The notes below the pieces were generated by a model. It made no database searches and had not been told where the DNA came from. It worked only from the letters and a program-made list of their open reading frames with translations. The position numbers and the translations under genes were made by a program. Below, one piece after another: positions 63,755 through 64,000 of a stretch of DNA of 64,000 bases. Position 1 is the first letter of the stretch. Every line of letters begins with the position of its first letter. The DNA comes from Polyangiales bacterium (lineage in GTDB: Bacteria; Myxococcota_A; Polyangia; Polyangiales; JADJQN01): the NCBI GenBank assembly GCA_964202905.1, contig CAXNJO010000006.1, forward strand, positions 32,001-96,000, given 5' to 3'.

Positions 63755-64000
63755 ATGCTCTTCGCCGTGGGCGTTCCCGGGCTCCTGTTGCTCGGCGCGG
63801 CGTTCTCGGCGGTGGACGCGGCGCTCGTCGAACTCGGGGACGTCCCTGCCCGCGCCGTGCGCGAGGAGGGCGGCGAGCTCGCGCGCACGGCAGGGCGTCT
63901 GCTCGATCACGGGGTCGCGATCCACGCGCGGCTGCTCGCGGGGCGCGTCGTGTGCATCTCGTCGGCGGCGATGCTCGCGGCGCGCGCCATCGAGAGCACG
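63755..64000 (+). CDS. Probable CNNM/hemolysin (DUF21) family membrane protein, 3'-truncated by window edge
   Basis: MLFAVGVPGLLLLGAAFSAVDAALVEL.. resembles the DUF21 N-terminus (FS..E.A); TG-T-TAAACT upstream. Confidence 0.5.
   Translation, partial: MLFAVGVPGLLLLGAAFSAVDAALVELGDVPARAVREEGGELARTAGRLLDHGVAIHARLLAGRVVCISSAAMLAARAIEST

Overview
Very GC-rich chromosomal DNA from a myxobacterium (Myxococcota, most like Polyangia/Sandaracinaceae, inferred from Cys-rich lipoproteins, a MYXO-CTERM-like tail, a Pkn-type kinase cassette and a DnaK paralogue). The housekeeping backbone is ppk1, a TPR/zinc peptidase, a histidine kinase and rph; then rdgB with tRNA-Pro and tRNA-Arg; dprA-topA-trmFO; xerC-hslV-hslU; argB and argD-argF; and a DnaJ-domain protein with dnaK. 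Accessory blocks interrupt it: an opposite-strand cluster of large Cys-rich/RCC1/GLUG surface lipoproteins between rph and rdgB, a Ser/Thr kinase-TPR/PEGA-lipoprotein-giant surface protein operon, a glycosylation cassette between trmFO and xerC, and two large surface lipoproteins between argB and argD. I found no CRISPR array, transposase, prophage or rRNA. Several genes, including trmFO and dnaK, carry apparent 1-bp frameshifts that are most likely sequencing errors. The most notable observations are: topoisomerase I ending in a sigma70 region-4-like HTH; a start-less MYXO-CTERM tail in frame behind a stop codon; stop-codon-containing short duplications at three convergent gene junctions; many -10 hexamers 6-12 nt before start codons (leaderless-like starts); and a DnaJ/DnaK module flanked by two copies of a shared GFLLSRIDG domain. 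All assignments come from motifs read by eye; no database searches were run.
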